DNA from: a virus
Taxonomy: Duplodnaviria; Caudoviricetes
Direction: 5' to 3' (one strand)
Virus record (IMG/VR): IMGVR_UViG_3300037474_000108
Span: 1-41,989 of that record
Length of the DNA stretch: 41,989 bases
Shown here: in pieces, positions 27,324 to 35,883 of the stretch
Position numbering within the stretch: position 1 is the first letter of the stretch
Layout: every line of letters starts with the position of its first letter
The notes under the pieces: model-generated
The model's database searches: none
Told to the model about the DNA's origin: nothing
The model's input: the letters and a program-made list of their open reading frames with translations, nothing else
Translations under genes and position numbers: made by a program

Positions 27324-27584
27324 CTATTCCTCGACCTCGAAGCCTGCCGCGCGGAACGCGGCGGCGAGTCCGGCCTTCGTATTGGAGCCGCAATCACAGC
27401 AGCGGTCGGCTTCCTGGTCCTCGAACGCGACCACCGTCTCGGGTGTGATCCGCACGCGGGTCGCGGTCTCGATAGCATCCTCGACGGCGGGCATCCCGGT
27501 CGTGGTGTCGATGCTCGCGAGACCGTCGTGGTACGCCTCACGGGCGCGCTGCCGACGCTCGGCGAGCGGGTCGTCGGCGCTCAT
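27324..27584 (-). CDS. Hypothetical protein
   Basis: ATGA coupling; ends AAAFRAAGFEVEE. Confidence 0.6.
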   Translation of the reverse strand: MSADDPLAERRQRAREAYHDGLASIDTTTGMPAVEDAIETATRVRITPETVVAFEDQEADRCCDCGSNTKAGLAAAFRAAGFEVEE

Positions 27585-27676
27585 ACGAACACCGGAGCCA
27601 TGACGAACGCGATGGCACCGACCACGATGACGATGGTGCCGAGCAGCACCTCGGACTGTTCGAGCCACTCCCTCAT
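27581..27676 (-). CDS. 31-aa membrane peptide
   Basis: MREWLEQSEVLLGTIVIVVGAIAFVMAPVFV; coupled at both ends. Confidence 0.55.
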   Translation of the reverse strand: MREWLEQSEVLLGTIVIVVGAIAFVMAPVFV

Positions 27677-27933
27677 TCCGCGTACCTCTCTCCCACGAGC
27701 TCGGGGGCGAACCCCGCAGAGAGCAACGCCTCGACGGCGGTCGCCTCGGCGGACACGTCCGCTCGGTGAACGATAGTCACGGGCGTACCGGCAGGCGGCC
27801 ACCCTTGCACGCGGTGCCCCGGTCGCACGAGCACGACCCGCAAGGCGGGGGAGTGGTCGATCTCGGCCACGCCCCACACCTCGCCGTCGTGCCCGAGAAC
27901 GTGGTCGCCCGCGTGCACCTGCTCGTAGTCCAT
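27673..27933 (-). CDS. Hypothetical protein
   Basis: Tightly packed in the leftward operon. Confidence 0.65.
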   Translation of the reverse strand: MDYEQVHAGDHVLGHDGEVWGVAEIDHSPALRVVLVRPGHRVQGWPPAGTPVTIVHRADVSAEATAVEALLSAGFAPELVGERYAE

Positions 27934-27936
27934 CGA

Positions 27937-28782
27937 CTAACTCAGCAGCGCGATGTACTGGTTCGCCTGCTCGATGGCGGCGGTGATCTGCTGCGCGGCG
28001 AGCTCGACCCGGATCCGGGCGACCTCGATCGCGTTGAAGATGTTGTCGCCCTGCGTGCCCATGATCGTGCTGACGCCCAGGGCGGTCTGCTCGGCCATCT
28101 GCTCGGCGGGTGCGGGCTTGCCGCTCCCCGTGCCGACGGCGGCGATGACGAGCGCCTGCGCGGCGGTCGCCTCGATCTCGGCCATGGTCGCGAGGCCGAC
28201 CGAGCCGTTGAGCGCGTGGCCGCACCCCGCGAGCTTCGTGAGGGTCTCGTTCATCTTGTCGCGGGCGAGGATCGTCAAGGCCCTCGCGGTCGCGTGCGCG
28301 TCTTCCATTTCGGCTCTCCCTAGGCGATGGCCTGCGATGTTTCCCTTGTCAACGGTCTGTGCGGGCTCTTCCCCCGGCCCGGGTTCCGGGGCGTCGGCCG
28401 GACGACCCGGGAAGTAGAGAGGGTTCCCGGGCGTCGGGTCGATCGCCTCGCGGCCCTCGGGCGCGATCAGCGGCGCCTCGTCGGCGTCGCCGTTCTCGGC
28501 CCGCAGGCGCTCGATGCGCCGCTTCTCGGCGGCGCGCCACTCCTCGACGCGCTGCGTGTAGATCTGCATCCCGCGCTGCATGCGCTTGACGTCCGGCTCA
28601 AGCGGGTTGCTCGTCCCGATGTAGAAGTTCGTGAGCGAGCCGGGGCACTTGAACCGCTGGAATATCTCCGGGACGTCCGCCCCGCGAAGGTTGTGATACG
28701 GGACCTGCGTCACGTTGAAATGCACGTTCCACCACGCGTTGCAGGGCGGGAACGGGCAGTCGATGCGATGCGTCGAGGTCAC
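27937..28782 (-). CDS. Hypothetical protein: Cys-containing N-domain plus helical C-domain (possible internal start 28308)
   Basis: GTGA coupling to the upstream micro-ORF; in-frame GGGAGAG-5 nt-ATG at 28308. Confidence 0.6.
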   Translation of the reverse strand: MTSTHRIDCPFPPCNAWWNVHFNVTQVPYHNLRGADVPEIFQRFKCPGSLTNFYIGTSNPLEPDVKRMQRGMQIYTQRVEEWRAAEKRRIERLRAENGDADEAPLIAPEGREAIDPTPGNPLYFPGRPADAPEPGPGEEPAQTVDKGNIAGHRLGRAEMEDAHATARALTILARDKMNETLTKLAGCGHALNGSVGLATMAEIEATAAQALVIAAVGTGSGKPAPAEQMAEQTALGVSTIMGTQGDNIFNAIEVARIRVELAAQQITAAIEQANQYIALLS

Positions 28783-28901
28783 GCGACCGCAACCGTCATC
28801 GCGCCGCGCCAGTGCCGGCCCTCGTACGCGAGACGCGCCTGCCGGCGAGCGAGCTGCAAGCGGAGGGCGAGCACGCCGACCGCGACGTAGATCCGGATCA
28901 T
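28779..28901 (-). CDS. 40-aa peptide, first gene of the leftward operon
   Basis: MIRIYVAVGVLALRLQLARRQARLAYEGRHWRGAMTVAVA; purine-rich RBS; its TGA overlaps the next GTG. Confidence 0.55.
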   Translation of the reverse strand: MIRIYVAVGVLALRLQLARRQARLAYEGRHWRGAMTVAVA

Positions 28902-28937
28902 GTCCCTGCCTTTCGTCGTCATTCGCTGACACCGAGA

Positions 28938-28967
28938 ACGCTAGCAGGTACCTAGCAGCTTTCGCAA
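28938..28967 (-). promoter_or_regulatory. Leftward repeat-type promoter of the divergent pair
   Basis: TTGCGA-aagctgctaggtacctgc(18)-TAGCGT. Confidence 0.75.
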
Positions 28968-28969
28968 CC

Positions 28970-28999
28970 TCGACGACCTGCTAGGTTTCCTGCTAGCCT
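28970..28999 (+). promoter_or_regulatory. Rightward repeat-type promoter of the divergent pair (leaderless)
   Basis: TCGACG-acctgctaggtttcctgc(18)-TAGCCT; ATG 7 nt later at 29007. Confidence 0.7.
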
Positions 29000-29006
29000 C
29001 GTGACC

Positions 29007-29309
29007 ATGACTAACGCGACCGACGTCGTTGCGCCGCCGAGGACCCCGGCCGCGCGCGGTGCCTACACCGAGCAGCTTCACGTGCTCGTCGACATGCCGA
29101 CCCGGGAATTCGTTCTCGGCGTCGCATCCGAGACCGCCCGCGAGGCGGGCTATAAATTCCTACGCCAGGGCGAGACCGTGCGCGACCTGCTCGCCGAGGC
29201 CATCGCCGCGCGGTACGAGGCCGACCCCGACGCGTACGCGCGAGCAGTACTGCGTGGCCGGGAGATTCTCGCCGTGCCGGTCGATGGCGCAGCTCCTCGT
29301 CCCGCGTAA
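29007..29309 (+). CDS. Putative ribbon-helix-helix DNA-binding regulator
   Basis: Alternating strand YTEQLHVLVD, a helix, then QGETVRDLLAEAI; sits at the divergent promoter. Confidence 0.55.
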   Translation: MTNATDVVAPPRTPAARGAYTEQLHVLVDMPTREFVLGVASETAREAGYKFLRQGETVRDLLAEAIAARYEADPDAYARAVLRGREILAVPVDGAAPRPA

Positions 29310-29422
29310 GGTCAAAATCCACTCTGCAACACGAACGGCACGGGCCGCCCGCGAGGGTGACGCCGTGCCGTTCGCTTCCTCGCTGGCCAGCGAGGGACAG
29401 GTCGTACTTCTTTGGGAGAGAA

Positions 29423-31873
29423 ATGACAGACCCTGAAAGGCAGGATAGCGGTCTCGGACCTTTCGGACGAGCTGCTCGGCTGTACCGGTCTGCCGGATGG
29501 CCCGGGACGCTGCCGGTCGGCCGAGGCCCCGGGCAGAAGTCACCACCCCCGGGCGGGTGGACCGGACACGGGGCGCCGTACCCGTCGGACGCCGACGTCG
29601 GCGTGTGGGAGACGGGCCCCGAGGCGTACTACAACCTCGGCCTACGGATGCCCGAGGGCGTCATCGGCCTCGACATCGACGCGGGTTACGCCGGCAAGAC
29701 CGGCGACGCCACGCTTGCCGAGCTCGAAGCGCGTCTCGGCCCGCTGCCGGCGACGTGGGTATCGAGCGCGCGGCCCGCGCCGTCGGGCATCCGGTTCTTC
29801 CGCGTGCCGGCCGAGCTCGACGGCATGCCGGTCAACTGGCCGGGCGAGGCGGGAAAGTACATCGAGCTCATTCAACCCGGACACCGGTACGCGGTCGTCT
29901 GGCCGAGCACGAACCCCGACGCGGGCGGCGCGCCGTACGAGTGGCGGTACGAGCTCGGCCCGCATCAAGCGGTGATGACCACCGGTGCCCTGCCGTCGCC
30001 GCAGGCCCTCGCCGAGCTGCCCGAGGCATGGGTGCGCGGGCTCATGCTGCCGTACGAGCGTACGGAGAAGAGCGACCTCGCGCTCGGCCAGATGGCTGAA
30101 TGGTGGGACGCGCTGCGGCGCGGTGCGCCTTGCCCACTTATCCACAGCGTGTGGACGAAGGCTGTGCACGACCTCGAACACGAGGGCGGGGCGCGGCACG
30201 AGACCGCCCGCGACGCGGTCTCGTCGGTCGTGCGCGCGGGCGGCGAGGGGCACCGTGGCGCGCCCGAGGCGGTTCAGGCGATCCGGGCAGCCTTCGAGCG
30301 GGCGGTCGGCGCCGAGCGGGCGAACGGCGGCGAATGGGACCGCTTGCTGTCCGGTGCCGTGAAGATCGCCGCGAGTGACAACCCGATGCCGCGGGCGATG
30401 TGCTCGCACGACATCCCCGAGGCGACCGGCCTGTCAGGCGAGGCCCTCGCGGGTTTTACGTCGCCCGGGGCGATCTCCCCCATGGCGCCCCCCGCCATGA
30501 TCACCCCGGGCGCGCTGACACTACCTGACGAGTTCTGGACGGCGCGTGAGTCCCTGTCCCGTGTGCGGCAGGCGGCACACTCCCGCGTGCGCTCGGCCGA
30601 CGTCGTGTTCTACGGGACGCTCGTACGGCTCGCCGCCATGGCACCGCACACGCTGCGCGCGGACACCGGCATCGGCACGCCGGCAAGCCTGAACCTGTTC
30701 ACGGCGGTCGTCGGGCCTTCGGGCAGCGGCAAGTCGTCGGGCCTGTCCGTCGCCCGCGACATCATCAAGTCCGACAGCTCGCTCGAGGAGGCCCCGCTCG
30801 GCAGCGGCGAGGGCGTGGCCGAGGCGTACATGGGCGAGGCGCTCGAAGGCACGGGCGTCATGGCGAAGGACGGCAGCGAGAAGCAGGTCAAGGTGCGCAA
30901 GCAGGTGCGGCACAACGTGCTGTTTCACAGCGACGAGGGCGCCAGCCTGAACAAGCTCATCGAGCGCGCCGGCAGCACGGTCGGCGAGACGCTGCGCTCG
31001 GCATGGTCCGGCGAGACGATCGGGCAGAAGAACGGGCGCGCCGAGACCACGCGGACCGTGCCGGCCCGCTCCTACTCGTGCGGGCTCGTCATCGGCTACC
31101 AGCCCTCGACCGTGCTGCCGCTGCTCGCCGACCACGAGGCGGGCACCCCGCAGCGGTTCCTGTTCTGCTGGTCCGAGGACGACACGATCCCCACGCGGTC
31201 GGCGAAGGTCATGTGGCCCGGCGAGATGCCGAACCCGTTTCCGGCGAGCGTGCCGACGAGCTCGCCCGCGGCTGCCGGCGGCTTCGTCGTCGGGCCGGCA
31301 CGCGGGTACGAGACGATCGTCTTCGCCGAGCCGATCCTCGACGAGCTGTACGACATCGAGCACGCGAAGAACACCGGCGCGCTGCCGGATGATCACCCGC
31401 TGCGTGACCCGTTCCGCTCGCAGCACCCCGTACTCAAGGTCAAGGTGTCCTCGGTGCTCGCGCTGCTCGAAGGGCGCCGCAACGTGACGCCGGACGACTG
31501 GCAGCTCGCGCAGATCGTCCTCGACACCTCCGATCGGGTACGGCTGCACTTGCAGGCCATCGCGCAGGAGGCGGCGGGAAAAGCGCGGGCCGCCTTCCTG
31601 GCGGCCGAGGCTGAGGCGGAGCACTTCCGGGCGCACGCCCGCTCGGCGGTCGCCGAGGCGCTCGATCTGACCGCCGAGCGGCGCGTCGCGGTACGGCTTG
31701 CGCAGAAGGTGCACGACAGCGGGCCGATGACGCTCGGCGGTCTGCGCAAGACGCTCGCGGGGCGCGACAAGCATCTGACCGAGTCCGCGATCGACATCGC
31801 CATGAGCGCCGGATGGATCGTGCCGGCCGAGGGCGACCGCCTGTTCGGCCCTGGCTCGGCGAGGCCCGTATGA
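29423..31873 (+). CDS. Bifunctional primase-polymerase fused to a P-loop helicase-like domain
   Basis: NLGLRMP..VIGLDID, GIRFFRVP, IELIQ-x-HRYAVVWPS; Walker A GPSGSGKS; HSDEG; GTPQRFL; GGGAGAG RBS. Confidence 0.88.
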   Translation: MTDPERQDSGLGPFGRAARLYRSAGWPGTLPVGRGPGQKSPPPGGWTGHGAPYPSDADVGVWETGPEAYYNLGLRMPEGVIGLDIDAGYAGKTGDATLAELEARLGPLPATWVSSARPAPSGIRFFRVPAELDGMPVNWPGEAGKYIELIQPGHRYAVVWPSTNPDAGGAPYEWRYELGPHQAVMTTGALPSPQALAELPEAWVRGLMLPYERTEKSDLALGQMAEWWDALRRGAPCPLIHSVWTKAVHDLEHEGGARHETARDAVSSVVRAGGEGHRGAPEAVQAIRAAFERAVGAERANGGEWDRLLSGAVKIAASDNPMPRAMCSHDIPEATGLSGEALAGFTSPGAISPMAPPAMITPGALTLPDEFWTARESLSRVRQAAHSRVRSADVVFYGTLVRLAAMAPHTLRADTGIGTPASLNLFTAVVGPSGSGKSSGLSVARDIIKSDSSLEEAPLGSGEGVAEAYMGEALEGTGVMAKDGSEKQVKVRKQVRHNVLFHSDEGASLNKLIERAGSTVGETLRSAWSGETIGQKNGRAETTRTVPARSYSCGLVIGYQPSTVLPLLADHEAGTPQRFLFCWSEDDTIPTRSAKVMWPGEMPNPFPASVPTSSPAAAGGFVVGPARGYETIVFAEPILDELYDIEHAKNTGALPDDHPLRDPFRSQHPVLKVKVSSVLALLEGRRNVTPDDWQLAQIVLDTSDRVRLHLQAIAQEAAGKARAAFLAAEAEAEHFRAHARSAVAEALDLTAERRVAVRLAQKVHDSGPMTLGGLRKTLAGRDKHLTESAIDIAMSAGWIVPAEGDRLFGPGSARPV

Positions 31874-31874
31874 C

Positions 31875-32076
31875 GGGGACGCGGGGACGGAACGGGGACG
31901 GGGACAGAAGGGGGACATGTCCCCGCCGGGGTCTCTCTCTCGCGCGTTACGTGAGTCAATAATTTTCCTTCCTTCCTTATATATCCGCTGCTCAGACGCC
32001 AAATACTCTCCGTGCAAGATCCGTCACTTTTCAATTTCACCGAGGACGGACGGGGACATGTCCCCGAAATGTCCCC
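31875..32076. other. Putative replication origin
   Basis: GGGGAC iterons; GGGGACATGTCCCC palindromes at 31911-24 and 32052-65 flanking an AT-rich core; directly after Prim-Pol. Confidence 0.7.
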
Positions 32077-32101
32077 GCTCACCAAGATCGGAAAGGCACC
32101 C

Positions 32102-32473
32102 ATGATGATCGTCAACTGCACCCCGCACGCCATCGACGTCTACCCGTCCGACGTCCCGGGCATCGTCGACCCGCAGCGGCACACGCCGCTGTTCACCTTC
32201 GAGCCGAGCGGCGTCGTCGCCCGCCTCGCCGAGCAGGTTCTCGACGACCTGCGGCTCGCGCCCCGCGTCGGCGCCGAGGCGGTCAAGATCACGCGGGTGG
32301 AGTACGGCCACGCGATGGACCTGCCCGACGTGAAGCCGAAGACGTGGTACCTCGTCAGCCTGCCGGTTGCGCTCGCGCTGCCCGGCCGCCGCGACCTGCT
32401 CGTCAGCTACCGGCAGGTGCGCAACGCGGCCGGCACGGTCGTCGGCTGCCGCGGCCTCGCGCGGCCGGAGTAG
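32102..32473 (+). CDS. N-x-TPH family small protein, possible Crn4-like ring nuclease
   Basis: IVNCTPH..PSG-x-AR..LP..YLVS..R-x-DLL..VRN-x-G-x-VVGCRGL; AAAGG RBS. Confidence 0.55.
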   Translation: MMIVNCTPHAIDVYPSDVPGIVDPQRHTPLFTFEPSGVVARLAEQVLDDLRLAPRVGAEAVKITRVEYGHAMDLPDVKPKTWYLVSLPVALALPGRRDLLVSYRQVRNAAGTVVGCRGLARPE

Positions 32474-32482
32474 GTTCGCGTC

Positions 32483-32761
32483 ATGGGAGAGACCGTCAGG
32501 CACACGCACAAGATCGACGACGCGCAGTTCGCCGCCTTCATCGAGGCGATCAGCGCGCCACTCGCCCCGCCGGCAGACACCGTGCCGGCGAGAACCCCGT
32601 ACGACCTCGGGCTTGAGCCGTGGACGTTCCACGACCCGAGCCAGAAAGTCGACGTGATGGCCTACATCGACGACCGCAACCAAGTACGCCACGTCCCGAC
32701 CACCCGCACCTCCGAGGTGCCGAAGGCGTGGCGGCGTGTATGGATCGAGCCGAGAGGGTAA
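32483..32761 (+). CDS. Hypothetical protein
   Basis: Operon position and coding-like composition. Confidence 0.6.
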   Translation: MGETVRHTHKIDDAQFAAFIEAISAPLAPPADTVPARTPYDLGLEPWTFHDPSQKVDVMAYIDDRNQVRHVPTTRTSEVPKAWRRVWIEPRG

Positions 32762-32770
32762 CCACAGGTC

Positions 32771-32983
32771 ATGACCACTGCTAACGACCAGCAGGACAAC
32801 GAGTACGGACAGCCGTCCGTCGTCGCCGAGACCCTGCACGGCGACAAGGCCCGCGCGGAAGAGCACCCGCAGCCCGACGCGGTCGCGATGGAGACGCCGA
32901 CGCTCGTCGCGCGGCCCGGTCGCGACACCGACGCCGCCGACCCCGACACCGAGACGGGCGCCGGCCGCACCTCCCAGCGGTAA
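32771..32983 (+). CDS. Acidic hypothetical protein
   Basis: Operon position before a terminator. Confidence 0.55.
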   Translation: MTTANDQQDNEYGQPSVVAETLHGDKARAEEHPQPDAVAMETPTLVARPGRDTDAADPDTETGAGRTSQR

Positions 32984-33023
32984 CCTCCCCCTCTCTGATC
33001 ACCTCCCCCCCCCTCGGGAAATT

Positions 33024-33050
33024 GAGGCCCCGGTCGCAAACCGGGGCCTC
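33024..33050 (+). terminator. Intrinsic terminator-like hairpin
   Basis: GAGGCCCCGGT-cgcaa-ACCGGGGCCTC. Confidence 0.75.
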
Positions 33051-33057
33051 TCTCGTG

Positions 33058-33087
33058 TTGCAAAACCTGCTAGGTACCTGCTAGGCT
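33058..33087 (+). promoter_or_regulatory. Repeat-type promoter
   Basis: TTGCAA-aacctgctaggtacctgc(18)-TAGGCT. Confidence 0.8.
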
Positions 33088-33121
33088 CGTACCTACAAAG
33101 GCAAGCGACAAGGGAGACGAC

Positions 33122-34171
33122 ATGAGCCGCAAGATCACCTTTCCGGTAGTCAGCACCGCTGGCGGCGTGACCATCCGCCGCAACTCCGAGACGGGCGTCG
33201 AGATCCACTCGGTCAAGCTGGACCGGGGCGGTTATGAGCACAGCGTTTACGTCCCCCGGCTGAGCAATGACGGCATGCGCTTCGAGGATTGGTTCGGCGA
33301 GCTGAGCAACGCCCGCGCCCGCGCCTTTGACGAGGCCGAGATGATGCGCGAGGTCATCGCCGAGGCCTACGACGCCGCCGCCAAGGCCGAGGAGCAGGGC
33401 AACGCCGACATCGAGCGTGCCATGGTCGCCACCGTCCTCGGTCGCGGTTTCACGGTCGAGGGTGACACCTACACCCACCCCAGCGGCGTCGTGATCGCCC
33501 CCGCCTACGCCGAGTTCGGCGAGTACGAGGTGCGCATCGAAGGCCACCCGCACGCGACCGTCACCTATGACACGTTCGCCGAGGCGGCCGACGAGGCGCT
33601 CGGGGTGGCGTACAGCCTCGGCAGCGCGATCCCCGCCGCCGCCGAGGCCGAGCCGCTGACCGAGCGCGCCCGCAAGCAGTTCCCCAGTGTCGCCGCCATG
33701 CTTGACGCCGAGACCGTCGCGCACAACGAGACGCAGGCCCCCGCCACGGTCGCGACGATCGTCGGCCGCATCCCGGTCGCCTCCCGCACGGGCCTCGTCG
33801 CGAAGATGATCCGCAGCGCCGATACCGCTTGCACCCCCTTTGACGCGGTCAAGTTCGCGCAGGCCGCGCTCGATCTGTACGAGGCCGAGGGCACCGTTCC
33901 CGCCGACGCGGTCGCTCCCACGGCGACCGAGTTCGCCCCCGTGACCGAGCACCTCTGCCTCAACGTGCGCTTCCGCGACGACTTCTCGGAGGAGCTGCGC
34001 GGCATGGTCTTCGAGGTGGACACCCTCAGCCGCCGCGCCGCCGAGGGCGGCTACCGCTTCGTCGGCATCCGGGTCAAGCTGAATGGTCGCTGGCGCTACC
34101 GGCTGGCGAAGCTCGACGACCTGCGCACCGTTGACGGTCGCCGCGTCACCGCCGACCCCACCCTCGACTGA
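33122..34171 (+). CDS. Hypothetical protein (349 aa), probable early gene
   Basis: AAGGGAG RBS; first gene after the repeat promoter. Confidence 0.8.
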   Translation: MSRKITFPVVSTAGGVTIRRNSETGVEIHSVKLDRGGYEHSVYVPRLSNDGMRFEDWFGELSNARARAFDEAEMMREVIAEAYDAAAKAEEQGNADIERAMVATVLGRGFTVEGDTYTHPSGVVIAPAYAEFGEYEVRIEGHPHATVTYDTFAEAADEALGVAYSLGSAIPAAAEAEPLTERARKQFPSVAAMLDAETVAHNETQAPATVATIVGRIPVASRTGLVAKMIRSADTACTPFDAVKFAQAALDLYEAEGTVPADAVAPTATEFAPVTEHLCLNVRFRDDFSEELRGMVFEVDTLSRRAAEGGYRFVGIRVKLNGRWRYRLAKLDDLRTVDGRRVTADPTLD

Positions 34172-34183
34172 CCGACCAACGAC

Positions 34184-34205
34184 GCGGGGCCCGATAGGGC
34201 CCCGC
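34184..34205 (+). terminator. GC hairpin (terminator or stabiliser)
   Basis: GCGGGGCCC-gata-GGGCCCCGC. Confidence 0.5.
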
Positions 34206-34227
34206 CCTTCATCGCCCGGGAGAGACG

Positions 34228-34875
34228 ATGGCAACCGAAGCGACCACCATCCGCCGCACCGACGCCGTGCTCGACGCCGTCGAGACCGCTTGGCGGACGA
34301 CGTCCTACCTCGACGGCAAGCTGTACGACCGGGGCTTCACGTGGGGCCCGAAGGACACCCGCACCACGCTGCACGCCCTGCACGGGGCCGGTCAGGTCAA
34401 GCGGCAGCGGGCGGGCAGCGGCTACCGCTGGCGCAAGGCCGAGTCCGAGGGCCTCGCCGGGTCGCCCGTGCACGCCGCCGACATGACCCCGTTGCCCGTG
34501 GCCGCGTCCGACGCCCTGCTCGGCCTGTCCGTTCAGATCACCCGCCTCGCCGAACAGCTCGCGCAACCGGCGGTCCGCCCCTACGACCCCGAGGCGGTCG
34601 TCATCGGCACCGACGCGGCCCTCGGCACGCTCGTGACCGCGAACCACGACCTCGTCGCCCGCATCGTGAAGCGCGCCGTCTACCAGGCCGGCAAGGCGCT
34701 GCTCGACGTGCTCGACGGCTGGATCGAGGGCGCGGTCAGCAACAACGAGGCGATGGGCCGCCGCGACGCCGCCGACCCTGAGCTCTTCCACGCCGCCGAC
34801 ATCCGCACGATGGTCAATGACGCGATGCGCCTCATGGGCGCGCCTGAGCACCGTATCCCGCAGGGCGGCGAGTGA
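34228..34875 (+). CDS. Hypothetical protein, possible N-terminal winged helix
   Basis: GGGAGAG RBS; TRTTLHALHGAGQVKR..GYRWRK. Confidence 0.7.
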   Translation: MATEATTIRRTDAVLDAVETAWRTTSYLDGKLYDRGFTWGPKDTRTTLHALHGAGQVKRQRAGSGYRWRKAESEGLAGSPVHAADMTPLPVAASDALLGLSVQITRLAEQLAQPAVRPYDPEAVVIGTDAALGTLVTANHDLVARIVKRAVYQAGKALLDVLDGWIEGAVSNNEAMGRRDAADPELFHAADIRTMVNDAMRLMGAPEHRIPQGGE

Positions 34876-35309
34876 TGGCGCGCCCCGAACTCGGCACCCT
34901 CGCCAAGGGCGACATCGTCATCGTTCGCGACCGCCGTCGCGGCTCGGGCGCCGACCGCACCGCACGCGAGTTCCGGGTCGTCACGCTCGGCCCGAAGTGG
35001 GTCGGCCTGATCGACGTCGGCAACAGGTGGGCCGGCACGCCCGACGAGCGCCTGTATATCCGCCGCTTCCTGCTCGCCGACCAGCGCGAGGGCGCACCGG
35101 GCACGCGCGTCGGATACGGCACGTACTTCGCCACCCGCGAGCAGCACGCGTACGACGTCCGGATTGCCGAGGCCGAGGCCTACGTCCGCGACGTCGCGGG
35201 CCTCGACGTCCGCCGCGGCGACGTCCCCTTCGCGGGTGACGACGGCATCCTCAAGCTCGCGCACCTACTCAGCCTGATGGAGTCGTCGTGGCGACCGCCG
35301 CCCGCCTGA
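34875..35309 (+). CDS. Hypothetical protein
   Basis: TGATG coupling. Confidence 0.7.
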   Translation: MARPELGTLAKGDIVIVRDRRRGSGADRTAREFRVVTLGPKWVGLIDVGNRWAGTPDERLYIRRFLLADQREGAPGTRVGYGTYFATREQHAYDVRIAEAEAYVRDVAGLDVRRGDVPFAGDDGILKLAHLLSLMESSWRPPPA

Positions 35310-35461
35310 TGTGCGGCACCTGCTACCGCCCCGCCACGGGGACCGTCTACCGGCGGCCCTTGTGGCGGCGGGTGGTGGGCCTGCCGCCGAACGCCTACCT
35401 CGCCTGCAATGACTGCGTCCGGGGCTACGCCCGGCCGCACCGTATCCGAAGGGCCGGATGA
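35309..35461 (+). CDS. 50-aa Zn-ribbon microprotein
   Basis: MCGTC..ACNDC; TGATG and ATGA coupling; absent from the ORF track. Confidence 0.6.
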   Translation: MCGTCYRPATGTVYRRPLWRRVVGLPPNAYLACNDCVRGYARPHRIRRAG

Positions 35462-35883
35462 CCGTGCACCGCAAACTCTTCCTCATCGCGATGGTCGTCG
35501 GCACCCTGTTCGCGGGTGCTGCCGGCGGCTACCTCTCGGGCCGGTCGGATGCCCCTGCCGCGACGTTCAGCTCGCCGGCAGACGCGTCGCCCCCGGCCGC
35601 GACCGACGTCTTCCCGGGCGCAACGCTGAACTACGTCGTCAGCGGCGTCTTCCACGTGCCGGCCGAGGTGCCTGCGGGGCGGTACCTCGTCACCCCGACG
35701 GGCAGCCCGTTCGGGTGCACGTGGAAGACGCTCACGAAGAACGACGACGCCCCCAAGCACGTGCTCAAGGCGGGCACGCCGAACCGGGGGTCGTCCGACG
35801 AGGTCATCATCGACTCGTCGGTTCGTTACCTCGTCCTGCTCGGCGACTGCACGGTCACCGGCGAGGTCGTTCGTGCCGGGTGA
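35458..35883 (+). CDS. Membrane-anchored/exported protein
   Basis: N-terminal TM; VPAGRY..CTW..C beta domain. Confidence 0.7.
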   Translation: MTVHRKLFLIAMVVGTLFAGAAGGYLSGRSDAPAATFSSPADASPPAATDVFPGATLNYVVSGVFHVPAEVPAGRYLVTPTGSPFGCTWKTLTKNDDAPKHVLKAGTPNRGSSDEVIIDSSVRYLVLLGDCTVTGEVVRAG

